DNA of 63,279 nucleotides, filler included, from Octopus bimaculoides (GCF_001194135.2; 4 parts of 4 records of this genome joined end to end with filler, not necessarily neighbours in it); one strand, 5' to 3'. Numbered from the whole stretch's first letter, positions 13,767 to 26,930 are shown. Translations and numbers: made by a program. The notes: generated by a model not told the origin, from the sequence alone.

Positions 13767-13902
13767 GAATCTCTGAAGAGGCGTAGCGAATCATGCATGT
13801 ACCCCCATTACATCATTTTCATCTGCTAATTACTCCGGCGCACAGGAGCTATAGAGATAGAGTGGGGCATGTCAACGCTAGGCCGAAACAGTCGTAAGTT
13901 TC
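13767..13902 (+). ncRNA. Type I hammerhead ribozyme motif with a long structured insertion in stem II
   Basis: Stem I GAATCT/AGTTTC (5 of 6 pairs); core CTGAAGA 13773-13779; stem II GGCGTAGCG/CGCTAGGCC (8 of 9 pairs); GAAAC 13885-13889; loop AGTC; cleavage triplet GTA 13894-13896. Confidence 0.7.
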
Positions 13903-14253
13903 TGTATATTCTCCAATTGCTAAATGTACTTGTATTTGTAACCTTAATTGTTAATATGACATGGTATGTCATAAGCATCTATATATTGTGGTTTTTATCA
14001 TTTTAGTTATGAAATAAGCAAATTAATCAACGGAATACACTGTCTGCAAATCGATGGATACCGTATATTCTCCTCCATTTTCTTATTGCTATATAAATTT
14101 AGGGTAAAATAACCCCCTTTTACACGCATCCACTTATTGCACTTGGTTTAACACTAGTGTAACAATAATTGGGTACCCTCCGAGCAGTATATTGGATAGA
14201 TACTATCGCTTAGTGGGTTGAATCCTCAACCCCTAACTCTCTTGCATTATATA

Positions 14254-14292
<39 letters not shown>

Positions 14293-14484
14293 NNNNNNNN
14301 NNNNNNNNNNNNNNNNNNNNNNNNNNNNNNNNNNNNNNNNNNNNNNNNNNNNNNNNNNNNNNNNNNNNNNNNNNNNNNNNNNNNNNNNNNNNNNNNNNNN
14401 NNNNNNNNNNNNNNNNNNNNNNACATATATATATATATATACATATATATATATTTGTGTATGTATATATACATATATATATTG

Positions 14485-14539
<55 letters not shown>

Positions 14540-15156
14540 TATATACACACACACACACGCATATATATATATCTTTCTACCTGCGTGCTTGTTCGTTTGT
14601 GTGTATGTATGTCTGTGTCTGTCTGTGTAGAGAAGACAGAAAAGTTACACTGAAAAGAGTGTAAGGGCGTCACCGATATTGAGATGAATCATTCGAACAT
14701 TTGATTCTGGATCATATTTCACTGCAGTCGACAAAAACGCGCTTATTTTCTGGTCTCCTCATCAGATTTGATTATTGTTGGGAGATATCAATATTCTTCT
14801 CTCTGAAGACATGTTGCCACCTCTTCTCTCATTTAGACAGTCAAAACTACTGAATGATTTTTCTCTTCTGAATGTTTTATTTTCAGTACATTATAGTTGA
14901 TGAGATATTTTTTATGTTATTACAATTTTATTCAATGTTTGCGTGTTGAAAACACATATTTTTTGATATAACAACTGCTTTTTATATATACAATATTATT
15001 TGTCACAAGATTTTAGTACTTTATCAAAGTACATTACAAATTCTATGACATATATGTATCTATATGTATGTACATACATGCGTATATATATATATATATG
15101 CGTGCGTGTGTACACACACACACACGCATATATATATATATATATATATACATGCT

Positions 15157-15287
15157 TGCTTGCTTCCCAACCACATGCTTCCGCGTTCAGTTTTGTGTGG
15201 CACCTTGAGCAAATGTCTTCTAGAATATCCTCGGGCCGATTAAAGACTTGTAAGTGGATTTGGTAGACAGAAACTGAAAGAAACTGA
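15157..15287 (+). mobile_element. SINE family B, 5' fragment
   Basis: CTTGCTTCCCAACCACATG..GGCACCTTGAGCAAATGTCTTCT..GTGGATTTGGTAGACAGAAACTGAAAGAA, matching the full copies at 56514 and 58331. Confidence 0.8.
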
Positions 15288-16363
15288 ACATCTTTTGCTC
15301 AAATAATCCAAAGAAATATGGAGCTTGGATTATAATGAACTCCACTTCACACAATTAAGAAATCGGAAACTTAAGTTGGTAATTTCATCCCCTTTGACAG
15401 AACAACTGGATCTTGTATCCTTCAGTTTCCAGTCTAATGAAGAATAGTCTTCGGGAATAAAAAAATTGCTGACACAGATTATATGAAAGTGATTTTGAAG
15501 AAATTTATGAAACAGTGTAGATCAGAAGGATTGTAAATCCACATCCACTTTTGTGTTTGTGTGTGCGTGTGTAGCCTTTGTGTGTATGTACACGGATATA
15601 GCAATATATTAATAAAATATATTATGACTTCTGTTTTTTTTCATTACTTATGGAAATTGTATATTTCATTGTCATTTTTCTCCATTTCTCATTTTTGTTT
15701 TTTGCTACTTTTTATTAAATAATAAAAGAAATATTGAAAATTTGATTAAAATCTTATGTCTAATGTACATATAATATGTCGATAGAACGCAAAATATATA
15801 AGTATAATAAATAATATAAGTATAAAGAAAAGACAAGCAAAGACAGACTAGTTTGCATTATGTGCATTTAATGTTATTGCTAATTCACTAAATCTATATT
15901 TTCCCAATGATTATTGGATGCCAGTGTAATTTTAATTTATCTTTATTTGAACATATAGGTAGTTATAGTAAACGAAATTAAACTACAGAGACAACATTAA
16001 ATTGTACTTGTTGGATCCTTGATTGAAGTAAATACATTGAATTTTATTATCGTAATATCCCTAAGAAAGACATTAACACACAGAATTAATCTGATTTCAG
16101 GTAGTTGAATGTACGTCAACGGAGAGAAGATTTGGATTTAATGGACGCCAAACAGTTGAAAAGCAATTTAAATCCACATAGCATTGATTTTAGATACATA
16201 AAGATTAGTTACATTAAAATATTTATGGAAGTGGTAAAATAATTTAACCACTCGGTTAAATAATCAAAAATATCTGGAAAACAACGTTTATTTAGAAACA
16301 AATGAACCACATGCTAGTCTGAATAGCATTTAAATGTAGATTTGTAATTATATTTGAAATCTA

Positions 16364-16750
16364 ATTCAATTTGGTTTCAAAACCGAATAGAACTTTTTGT
16401 TTGCTTGTCATCACTGTATGTTTTTAGTTTTCGGCACATACACAGCACTAATATAGGTATATAGTTCTAGAACATTAATTGTTTCTCGAATTTGTTTCTC
16501 GAGATCAGTTATATTAAATAACTAAAGAAATTATAATCAGAGGGTTAAATTGTTATTTAATCCTATATTTGATTAAAATATGTGGCTTGTGTACTGTTCG
16601 GAATGGAATGCAGACATGGATTTACAAAAATAGATTCAAATCGGATTTGAATCCGAAATGAACTCTTCGTTTATTTGACATTAGAGCAAGTTTTACTCTT
16701 TGGCACATACATTCCACTAATATATGTAGATAGTTCTTGAACTTTAGCTA
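16364..16750. repeat. Diverged tandem duplication with a 270-bp period (16364-16477 vs 16634-16746)
   Basis: Shared GAACT.TT.GTTT..TTG.CA and GGCACATACA...CACTAATATA.GTA.ATAGTTCT.GAAC; about 74% identity by hand count. Confidence 0.8.
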
Positions 16751-17736
16751 TTTGTCATTCAATGATTAGTACGACTCTGCTCTCGGTAAATATAAATGTA
16801 ATAAGTCTATCTGTCCACAATACTCATAGGCACGTGCGTCTCCTTTAAATCATTAAGTATCAAGATGAATTGCTATTCTATGTCGAATATTCAACATATG
16901 TTTGTTTTTGTTCCGATACATTTCAGCTAATAATTAAGAGATTTATTTTATTCTGCATCCACTAAACTTTTAGCTAACATTAAAACAGATTTACAATTTC
17001 CTACTAAAAACATGTATTTAAATATTCTCAATTAATTTCCTAACCATTTTTCATTTTCATGAATTTTGGCAAGATAGATCATCGTTATTTACAACAGAGT
17101 CGTGAGACAATTTCAGATAACATTATTCAGAGAACAGATGTAACTATTCAATATTTAAAGCAAGCTAGTATTGTCTACACCAGAATCGGTGTTATTCTCT
17201 ATGAGTTATGCTTGTGGTATTTTGTTAATACGGTATCTACATTCTGCGTTCTCACCCATATAGACCTTCTTCTGTTTGTATTCTAGATCGTATTAGTTAA
17301 TACCTTCTAGTCTATTTAACGGAACAGACCTTCCTGGTGGGCAAGTAAGTGGCTTCGTATAGTTTCTAATTTGTATGTTTAATAAGATATTTCGAATTAA
17401 ATTTACGCAGTATTAAGTAATGAATTCGTCTAACTTATAGGAATTTAAAACGTGTATCTTTAAAATGTACAAACAAAATGCTTCTGTAAACTTGAATGAA
17501 ATAGGCTTCTGTGGACTTAGAAATATGATAGACAGCACGTACGCATAAGGGATGAGTCAGGAATTTGCAAGTTTTGCGCAAAGTTATATATAAACATTTG
17601 CACAATCACTGGATATATTTTTAGATAGAGGCAACTGCCTACGCATGTATGTAGTGTACACATATATACATTTATATGGACGATTCTTGTTCTCTTTTTC
17701 TCTTCTTCTTTCGCTCTCATTATTTGTGTATATATG

Positions 17737-17786
<50 letters not shown>

Positions 17787-19217
17787 NNNNNNNNNNNNNN
17801 NNNNNNNNNNNNNNNNNNNNNNNNNNNNNNNNNNNNNNNNNNNNNNNNNNNNNNNNNNNNNNNNNNNNNNNNNNNNNNNNNNNNNNNNNNNNNNNNNNNN
17901 NNNNNNNNNNNNNNNNNNNNNNNNNNNNNNNNNNNNNNNNNNNNNNNNNNNNNNNNNNNNNNNNNNNNNNNNNNNNNNNNNNNNNNNNNNNNNNNNNNNN
18001 NNNNNNNNNNNNNNNNNNNNNNNNNNTATATATACATTCATACACACACATATGTACATATATACATATTTATGTACATATTCCTTTTTTTATTTATATA
18101 TACATACAAGCATATTCACAAATTTTATATTCTATATTAAACCAGATCCTCTTACAAGTCATTTCAAAAATTTGTCGGACCTAAAACTTCGGCTAGAACA
18201 AATATGAGGCTTCAATGTGAGCCATTTGCCTATTGAACTTATATCAGTTTAATACTGAGAAGCCGGACTTTCCTCTATATTTTGATTGTAAAGAATAACC
18301 AATAAAAAAAGAAAGATGTTCCCTGCAATTAGATAAAACCAACTTTGCAGATGCCACCATATAACTTGAACCAAACATTTGTTGAGAAACCAGAAAAATG
18401 TTCTTCCATTTTACCTCTGCATTCTGTCACAGTAGACGTGTAAAGTTTCTTGTCCTTTCCCCGATAAATCCTCCCCTGTTGTTTTTTTTCCCCTACAACT
18501 CATTCTCTACTACGCGTAATATGATTATACATCACGCGCAGCCCACTCTTTAAACAGATATAGTCATTCCTAAACAAGAAGTCCATATAGAATTTGAAAA
18601 ACTAAAGAATGCCAGAGTTTAATTAGGGCATGGAAACCGAAATGTTTTTGCGTGAATTTAGATTACAGAATCTTGTGTGATTGCGCGCGCAGTCTGCGTG
18701 TCGCTTGTGCGCATACACGTGCGTGTGAGTATTCTCTGTAGAGCACAGAGATATTGCGTCTGATAGGTATGAAAATATATTTTCAAGCGTCGAATGAATG
18801 AGCATATGTTCTTTGTCTTTGCCCAAAGCCGCTTCATTCTGGTCATTGGAATCTGTATGAGGAACCATGCCAGTGACATTGATTATTCCCAGTTCATCTT
18901 TATGAGTTGTGACTTGCTTAGGGAAATCTATAAAAACGTTATTAATAATCATAACGGTGTTTTCTCATCTGCATAGATGGAGATATATAAACTTGCGTAC
19001 ACAGACTGACTGTACTTTATATATGAATGCGTAAAGATATGTTTGTGTATGTTTGCTTGTCCAGTGGCAAAACGTTGATAAAACTATAAGTATTATTATC
19101 TTCACAACTCATTAGAAGATTCTCAAAAGCTGAAATATATTTTTTTACATCTTTTCATTACATCCATTACAAACATTTCCATTTGAATACTTTCCCTACC
19201 TAGGTTCACATCAATAT

Positions 19218-19341
19218 TCTTTTCTACTCTAGGCACAAGGCTCAAAACTTTTGGGGAGGGGTCCAGTCGATTAGCCTGACCTCAATACGCAACTGACACT
19301 TAATTTATCGACCCCGAAAGAATGAAAGGCAAAGTCGACCT
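19218..19341 (-). mobile_element. SINE family A, 3' half
   Basis: Reverse complement of GTCGACTTTGCCTTTCATTCTTTCGGGGTCGATAAATTAAG..CCTTGTGCCTAGAGTAGAAAG. Confidence 0.85.
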
Positions 19342-19645
19342 TTTAACACATATATATATATATAAAGATATATAACATATGCTATCTTTCAACCATGGCT
19401 AAAGTATTTTTTATTAGAAATAAAGTTCGAAGTTTTACAGACTGTGCAAGAAGAAAGATTCTCTGTCGGAACCAACTCACATAAAAAACGAAAGACGAAA
19501 TTAAAAACTATAGACTGAATTGAAACCCTCTGAAGATGGTATGATCATGCCTAAAAGATTTTTTATTGTAAGTCGCTTCATTATGATGTTTGACGTGTGA
19601 ACAAAAAGAGTGAAATTAACATGCAATATATTGGTGTTATATTTT

Positions 19646-19826
19646 GGCAGAAGGTCAATAATTTCGAGGGAGGGCGTAGTTGATTACAACGACCCCTGGT
19701 GATCAACTAGTACTTATTTTATCGAACTCGAAAGAATAAAAGTTACAACCAACCTCAGAACGTAAAGGCGGACGAAATACCGCTACGACTTTTGACCTGT
19801 GTACTACAGATTTGGCCAGTCACCGC
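19646..19826 (-). mobile_element. SINE family A, degenerate copy
   Basis: Diverged match to 22628-22842 (GCGGTATTTCGTC, CGATAAAATAAGTACTAG). Confidence 0.7.
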
Positions 19827-21029
19827 AAAATACATAGAATATATGAAACATGCATTTTGCTAAAATAAAGAACTCAGTCAAGGGCAGATCCATACCTGTT
19901 AGAAATATCAGTCAAATATGTCGAAAATTATACCGACGATTCCCAATAAGAAGCAGTTACGAAGCAGTCAAATGTCACGAAGCAGTGAAATGTAAAGAAG
20001 AATAGAAGTATCGTCCATAAATTTGTTCAATCACTGAGGAGAAAAAACACGAAAAATCTTTTGTAGAGTTTCCCTACGTCCTAAATGACGAGAGTGACTT
20101 TTGTAAAGTTTTAATATCTAAATGCTCCATTGTTAATCCTGCAATGATCCATTCAATATAATTTATTATTCCCTGATTCCCTGTCGTCGTAACCTTGAAT
20201 TGGTTAGCTATCAGTATTGATATAATAGTTCATCAGATGATCGATGAGTTTGTCTATGTCTTCTGAAGTATCATTGCGAAAAAACCAAACAGAAAATATA
20301 TACATATACATATATACATATACACACACATAATACATACATTCAAATATACACACAGAAACATATATGTATATAGGAAGAATTTGAATTTGGATTTATA
20401 TAGTATTAAAGTTTTAAATCTAAACGGCGTCATAAGGGACCACTAAAGTACGAATACATTTTAAGATCAGAAAATGAGACGATGGAATTCACAAAAGTCT
20501 GCGAAGCTGTAACGGAATACAAATGAAAGAAATATAGATCTTCATTCTCTGAGGAATATCAACGACGGCAAGATCTAAGATCAAATTAGTCGGCAGACAT
20601 CTCAAACTCACACACACAGATACATGTGCATATTATTATCATCATTGTTTTTGTTCTTGTTGTTTCTGTTGTTGCTATTGTTGATGTTGTTGTTATTATC
20701 ATTATTATTAATTTCATCGTTCGATGATATCAATAGCATCAACTTACTGCTAAGAGTCTTTCAAGAAATCGATAACGAAAATGACATGAGCAGGGAGGGA
20801 ATTGCAAACGTTTGACGCTGTGGGAAGAACAAACTTGGTTAGCAGTTAGATCGAAACCTGGCATCTCGGATACAGTGTGGCAACTGTACAAGAATTGAAT
20901 AAGCCGATTACATCTGAGAGGAGATCACACGAGATCGCTTAATTTCGTGTAGTAGAGGCTGTTGTGTCAACAAAAGAAAAAAGACTGAGAGACACGAAGT
21001 AAAACTGTTGTGTAATACCGGTTTCAATC

Positions 21030-21185
21030 TCTCTTATCTTATTTTTGTCTCCCTCACTAGACTGCGACCATGCTGGGGCAGAGCCTGGAGGAATTTTAAT
21101 TCAATCAATCGACTCCAGTATTTATTTTTCGTAAGACTGGTACTTATTCTATCTATCTCTTTTGCGAATGTGCTTGTACGTGATA
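21030..21185 (-). mobile_element. SINE family B, degenerate 3' fragment
   Basis: GACTGCGACCATGCTGGGGC..AATCGAC..GTACTTATTCTATC..TCTTTTGC. Confidence 0.65.
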
Positions 21186-22627
21186 TTTCACAATAATCGG
21201 CGGAATATATTTATTTAATATATATTTGTGTCTAACTGCAGCGCGTCGGATGTGGAAATTTTATTCTATACGATTTCAATAAAGTTAATGCTTTGATAAA
21301 TTTTAAGTATTTTCTGGTGTTCATAAGATATGAATATTTGAAAGTGCTGTTGCTCTGGTAAGTATTAGTGTCAACCTAGAGAGATGAAGAACGAAACTTG
21401 GGCTTAGAATGCAATATAACGATATGCGGCAATGATAGATAAGAATAGATTACAGAAATAAATAAGAGTCCCATCACAGTGATAAAGTAAAAATCGATAT
21501 AAACGTTAATATTGTATTCTATAGAATATATGTTGTAACAATTTCTTTCATAATTAATGAAATAATTAATTAATTAATCATACTTACATGAATTGAAGTA
21601 GCCACAATACTAGAATATTCAAAATATACGAAGCACTGAGTAGAAGCATGCGGGAATTTCAAACTTTATTTCAGATATTTCAACTTCAAAACCGAAAATA
21701 GTCAATTAGTAATGATATTGCAACAATAAAGAAGGAAATGAAAACAGAAAGAAATGGTAAAATAAATGAAAGGATGAGGAAGACGAAAAGAATAAAACGT
21801 AAAAATATTCGGAATAATTTAATTGTAACTAAAATTAATTTTTTTAAATTTGTTACAAAAAGTACTTAAATACTACTGTCTGAATCTATTTCCTATTTAT
21901 ACCTCATCGTTCCTGCATCATATTGAAATTGCTTGTGGCTTTAGTAGCCAGTTCAAATTGGAAAATTTCAATCAATTCCAAAGGCTTAAATTTCTGTTTA
22001 TATGTCTGCAGAGAAGATTATATTTATATAAGCTTTAATTAAATTTAGATGTTGTGCTCATGAAATGTGTCAAGGACCCATTTTGTAGAATTATGATTTA
22101 TGTTCTGCGTCATAGGGGAAATGACATGCCTCATTAATTACCTTGATTTCAAGTTTTTACGTATGCATTTTGTCTAAATTGTTTTTTACTTACAAATATA
22201 TACCTGTGAATTGCTCCAGTATAGCACTGTTTAAATTCATTCCTTTTAAACATATTCTCCTATCTATGTGTTCCACAAGAAAATGCGTATCGATTAACAC
22301 TTGTGCTTTTTTTGTGCGGGATAAGTAACATTTTGTTTGAATCAACTACGGACACCTTGAAGGACACAATGTTAGTGAAAGACAAATTATATCTTCGACA
22401 ACTTACTATATTAGTTAGACATATTTTGCTATGATACATTACATTGATATAAACCAGATTATATGGTCTGTCCACAGTTTGTAAAGAATTATACCTATCT
22501 TACGGAATAGTTCTGAAACGTCTGTAAAGGTTTAGTTTTTTTCTTCTTTTTAGTAAAAGATATTTATGTTGAAGTTATTGAAAGAATAAGTAAAATATTT
22601 TTTATGTCTCTAATATATCTATTGTAT

Positions 22628-22842
22628 AAGGTGGCGAGTCGGCAGAAATGTTAGCATGCCGGGCGAAATACTTAGCGATATTTCGTCTTGTCTTTACGTT
22701 ATGAGTTCAAATTCCACCGAGGTCGACTCTGCCTTTTATCCTTTCGGGGTCGATGAATTAAGTAGCAGTTGCATACTGGGGTTGATCTAATCGACTGGCC
22801 CCTCCCAAAAGTTTCGGGCCTTGTGCCTAGAGTAGAAAAGAA
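22628..22842 (+). mobile_element. SINE family A, near full length (tRNA-like head plus a conserved central domain)
   Basis: Head GGCGAGTCGGCAGAAATGTTAGCATGCCGG..GAGTTCAAATTCC (B-box); central GCCTTTTATCCTTTCGGGGTCGATGAATTAAGTA, resembling the Nin/Deu SINE domain (from recall); tail CCTTGTGCCTAGAGTAGAAAAG. Confidence 0.88.
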
Positions 22843-24348
22843 TATATCTATTGCGTATTAAGATCTAGCCAAGAGATTTATTTCATCTCTAAATAGCCGA
22901 AGTATTTTATGTGTAACTTATTTCTTTAGGGCTTCTACAATATCTACCTATATAAATATACTCCCATGCAAGTCAGACACAACCTTTGTTACGGTGACCC
23001 TAAATTTACTTTGAGAGAGCTTAATTCACTGATATTGGTAGAAGCTTTGTTAAAAAGCAGATTTCCCTCGCTCCAATACGTCTTGATTTTTCTTAATAAT
23101 GTCTCCTGTACTGTCTTAGTGAACGTTTAGAACAACTGGAGAAAAGATATTGAAATAATATATAAACTTTGATATAGAAATAATAAATAAATTTTGACAA
23201 TATTAAAATTGGTAAATTTAGAACTATTTATATTATAAATATTATTCAAACAACTGCCAACCGTGTTGCCGTGGTTCCATTACTGGAGGCTCTTGGCATT
23301 AATAAATGTTGTTGCTATTATTACTCAAAATATTCTTACTAATTAAACCAACCTCGTATCAAGAGAGGTTAATTAATCTACACTCGGGGTTAGAGTTACA
23401 ATCCTCTTGATGTACTTCAGTTAGAAACACGACGCGCTTTTAGCTAAATATTCTAATGTATTCAACGCTTATGAGCTATATTTTTGCATTAGTATTTACA
23501 TTACCATAAATTTGTGTGCTTGATGTCTTACAGACTAAGTTATATAATAGTTACTATTTTGTATTTCAAGAAGACTACTAGATTTATCAAAATATATTAA
23601 TCTGTATTTCTACATTTTCAAATGTGATAGGTTTAAATTTTCACTGAAATATTCAAAAATATTTAAAGATTACACGATGGATATTATGTCAAAAGAGCAG
23701 ATACAAACAGTTACATATCCTTAAAACTTATTTAGTAAATTTGTGTTTTCATATAAAGTGTTTTGCTTAATTATTAACTATAGAAGTCGACAAATGGCAC
23801 ATACGTATGAATACAACTTCAGATTTAGTGACGTGTGTCATGTAGTGAGTTGCTTCATGAAGACATAAATATTTTCTGTTCAGTAGATAAAATCAAATTG
23901 TGTAATATTAGATTTCTTTTAATATAGGGTGCTGTTAGGTTGCTGTTCTTTTAATATTGGGTGCATTATAGCACAACGTATGATAATTCATAAATCATAC
24001 AGCCAGAATTACTACTCTGAGACGCTATGTTATATAAAAGCGGTGCAACAATATAGATGTTATATGCATATATGGGTAATGACGTCACAAAAAAGTAAAG
24101 TGCATGAAATACAAAAACAAATGAGCTGAATGCACAAATAACGAAAGAAACAAATGGAAAGCTCTTTGAAAGTCCGATAGATCTGTCATTTTAATGAATT
24201 TTAATTACCCTTTTCTGATGTTATCTGAAAAGAAACAACAATTTTAGCAAAGCATATTAAGCGACACTAATAGTAAATCAAAAAATATAAAAATAAACAA
24301 GTTTTGACGATTTTATAGATATTCCAAAATTATGATGCTATGATGCTT

Positions 24349-24379
24349 GGTGTTTCCATTATTTTGTCCAACCCCTGTA
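24349..24379 (-). mobile_element. Solo Tc1-type terminal inverted repeat
   Basis: Reverse complement is TA-CAGGGGTTGGACAAAATAATGGAAACACC; no partner TIR found in the window. Confidence 0.55.
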
Positions 24380-25039
24380 TATATATTTATGCACAAATAT
24401 ATGGGTCCGTGTGGAAGTTGGTATAATTGCCAAGGAAATTGATAGAGCACGTGCGAATTTCACGCTTCAGCAAATTATAGAATAATCTTTAGAGAAATTG
24501 ATAACTTAAGTTGTGTAGGGAAGTGGACAGAGAGTAAAAGGAAGAAACTATATGTATGAAGGGTGTGGGTAACTGCTGGCAATATTTCAAATTCAGGCCA
24601 CGGCACCCAACTTTAAATTGATTTCAGCAGTGATTCAATGCTCAGAAAAGAATACTCACAGATGAATTGCTTGGTTACCCAGAATATGTTACGCAGTAGT
24701 TAAATTGGTGTTGAGAATTTTATTAAAAAACTCGAAACAGTGTTTTGAGAACGATAGGATTAAGAGTGGCCTAGTATTTAAATCCGGATCTTAACCAAAA
24801 CATTTACCTAATATAACTCTAGTTGCAGTACCAACTATTCATTCCCGGCCTGACACACGCGGTTGACTCACTAATTCACATCAGTCTTTTGTGAGGTGAA
24901 CTAATTCACCTACATTCTTTTATGAAATATGAACGTAATACTTCATGGATAACATTTAAAGGTTTAACAAGAATGCAGTGAAAGGAACAGATTGATTGTG
25001 AAAGTTAGAAGGATGAAAAAGCTTTCTATGCAAGAGATG

Positions 25040-25352
25040 TCAAGCCGTGCATTTCACTCATATGAGGGATACACGCCGGTTTGCACAGTCGTTTTCATGT
25101 TAAGTTTTTTGTTCAGTTAAGCTTTTGAAGTTTTTTCCAGTTCTCGAGTGGTTTTAGGTGGATCATTCTCAATGACGGTCTTTAACTGACCGTCATCGAT
25201 GACAGATGAGTGTCCACTTCGTTCACGATTTTCAAGGCTCAGGTTTCTACTGCGAATTCGTTTGAACAATTTTCGAGCTTATCATTCCCTTGTCATTTCT
25301 TCGCCAAATGTTTTGTTGATATCACGAGCAGTTTCAGCTGCTTTACGTCCCC
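25040..25352 (-). mobile_element. mariner transposase N-terminal (HTH) relic
   Basis: GRKAAETARDINKTFGEE..RKLFKRIRSRNLSLENRERSGHSSVIDDGQLKTVIENDP.KTTREL with stops. Confidence 0.85.
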
Positions 25353-26854
25353 CACATACACCTACAAATACATATGTTGCTAACATCCTCCCTATCCATC
25401 CCTACATACTTATTACCTGAATCTAGTCACAACAGGCTAAAATTATCATTCAACTTAGTTCCACCTACCTAAAAGAAGAAGTTGCCAAAGTCTATATAAA
25501 AGTCAAATACAACACCAGTATAGCTCTGTCTAAAGGCCAAAAGCAAACGGAGAAAGCCAAGATGATTTTGAAAACTTCAAAATCATTACCAAACAATTCC
25601 TGGCAAGCATTTGAAAGAAATGAATTCTACTTAAAGGTAATGAGTAATGTTTTAATTTTATGTCAAATTATTTTTATACAAAACTTCAGATAAACATCTG
25701 CGTGCCAGCAAGTATTTATATATACCAATAATCGAAATGAGGTGTAAATAGGCACCCGACAACTGATGAAGGTTCTTTATGTTACTTGACCTGTTTTCTC
25801 TTTGTTTCTTTCGTTGTTTGCTTGCGTATTCAACTCATTTGTTTTCATATTTCATGTAGTTTACTGTTTCTGACGTCCTGTACCCATATATGCATATATG
25901 TATATATATATATATATATATATNNNNNNNNNNNNNNNNNNNNNNNNNNNNNNNNNNNNNNNNNNNNNNNNNNNNNNNNNNNNNNNNNNNNNNNNNNNNN
26001 NNNNNNNNNNNNNNNNNNNNNNNNNNNNNNNNNNNNNNNNNNNNNNNNNNNNNNNNNNNNNNNNNNNNNNNNNNNNNNNNNNNNNNNNNNNNNNNNNNNN
26101 NNNNNNNNNNNNNNNNNNNNNNNNNNNNNNNNNNNNNNNNNNNNNNNNNNNNNNNNNNNNNNNNNNNNNNNNNNNNNNNNNNNNNNNNNNNNNNNNNNNN
26201 NNNNNNNNNNNNNNNNNNNNNNNNNNNNNNNNNNNNNNNNNNNNNNNNNNNNNNNNNNNNNNNNNNNNNNNNNNNNNNNNNNNNNNNNNNNNNNNNNNNN
26301 NNNNNNNNNNNNNNNNNNNNNNNNNNNNNNNNNNNNNNNNNNNNNNNNNNNNNNNNNNNNNNNNNNNNNNNNNNNNNNNNNNNNNNNNNNNNNNNNNNNN
26401 NNNNNNNNNNNNNNNNNNNNNNNNNNNNNNNNNNNNNNNNNNNNNNNNNNNNNNNNNNNNNNNNNNNATATATATATATCATACAGTTTTGTGAATAAAA
26501 TAGTTGTCTTCAAGAGTCAAATACGTAAGTTGTATTGAGATAGATGAAAGGATCAATATTGTACACTTAGCTCACAGTTATACGAGGTGAAATATGATTG
26601 TAATTTCTCACGAATACAATTTTATTGTTGAAAAATAATGCAGGGAAAAGAGGGAGATTGACTGTGATAGCATCTCCTACTTACGTTATCCACAACATAG
26701 AGACATCTGTGTTTCTTTATGTGTATATATAGAGATGTAGATGGATATGGCCATAGAGATTTGTATGTCAGTCTACGTGTGCCGTATATATAGGGAGGTA
26801 AGTAGATAGATAGAGTTAGATATATAGATAGATAAATAGATAGATAGAAAGATT

Positions 26855-26930
<76 letters not shown>

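Noticed and set aside
16640-16850. Plus-frame peptide ..IPLIYV..MISTTLLSVNINVISLSVH resembling the M3 helix of Cys-loop or chemotactile receptors
   Set aside because: In-frame stops, no Cys-loop or M1/M2 nearby, and no codon-position bias between the duplicated copies
18134-18300. LRR-like phrases (FKNLSDLKLRL; also FPSLQYVLIFLNN at ~23065)
   Set aside because: Single imperfect motifs in short frames; Leu/Asn/Phe-rich matches are expected by chance in AT-rich DNA
22143-22480. Possible decayed C2H2 zinc-finger array (TVDRPYN, YQCNV); similar hints at 48270-48420
   Set aside because: No complete CxxC..HxxxH unit and no 84-bp periodicity
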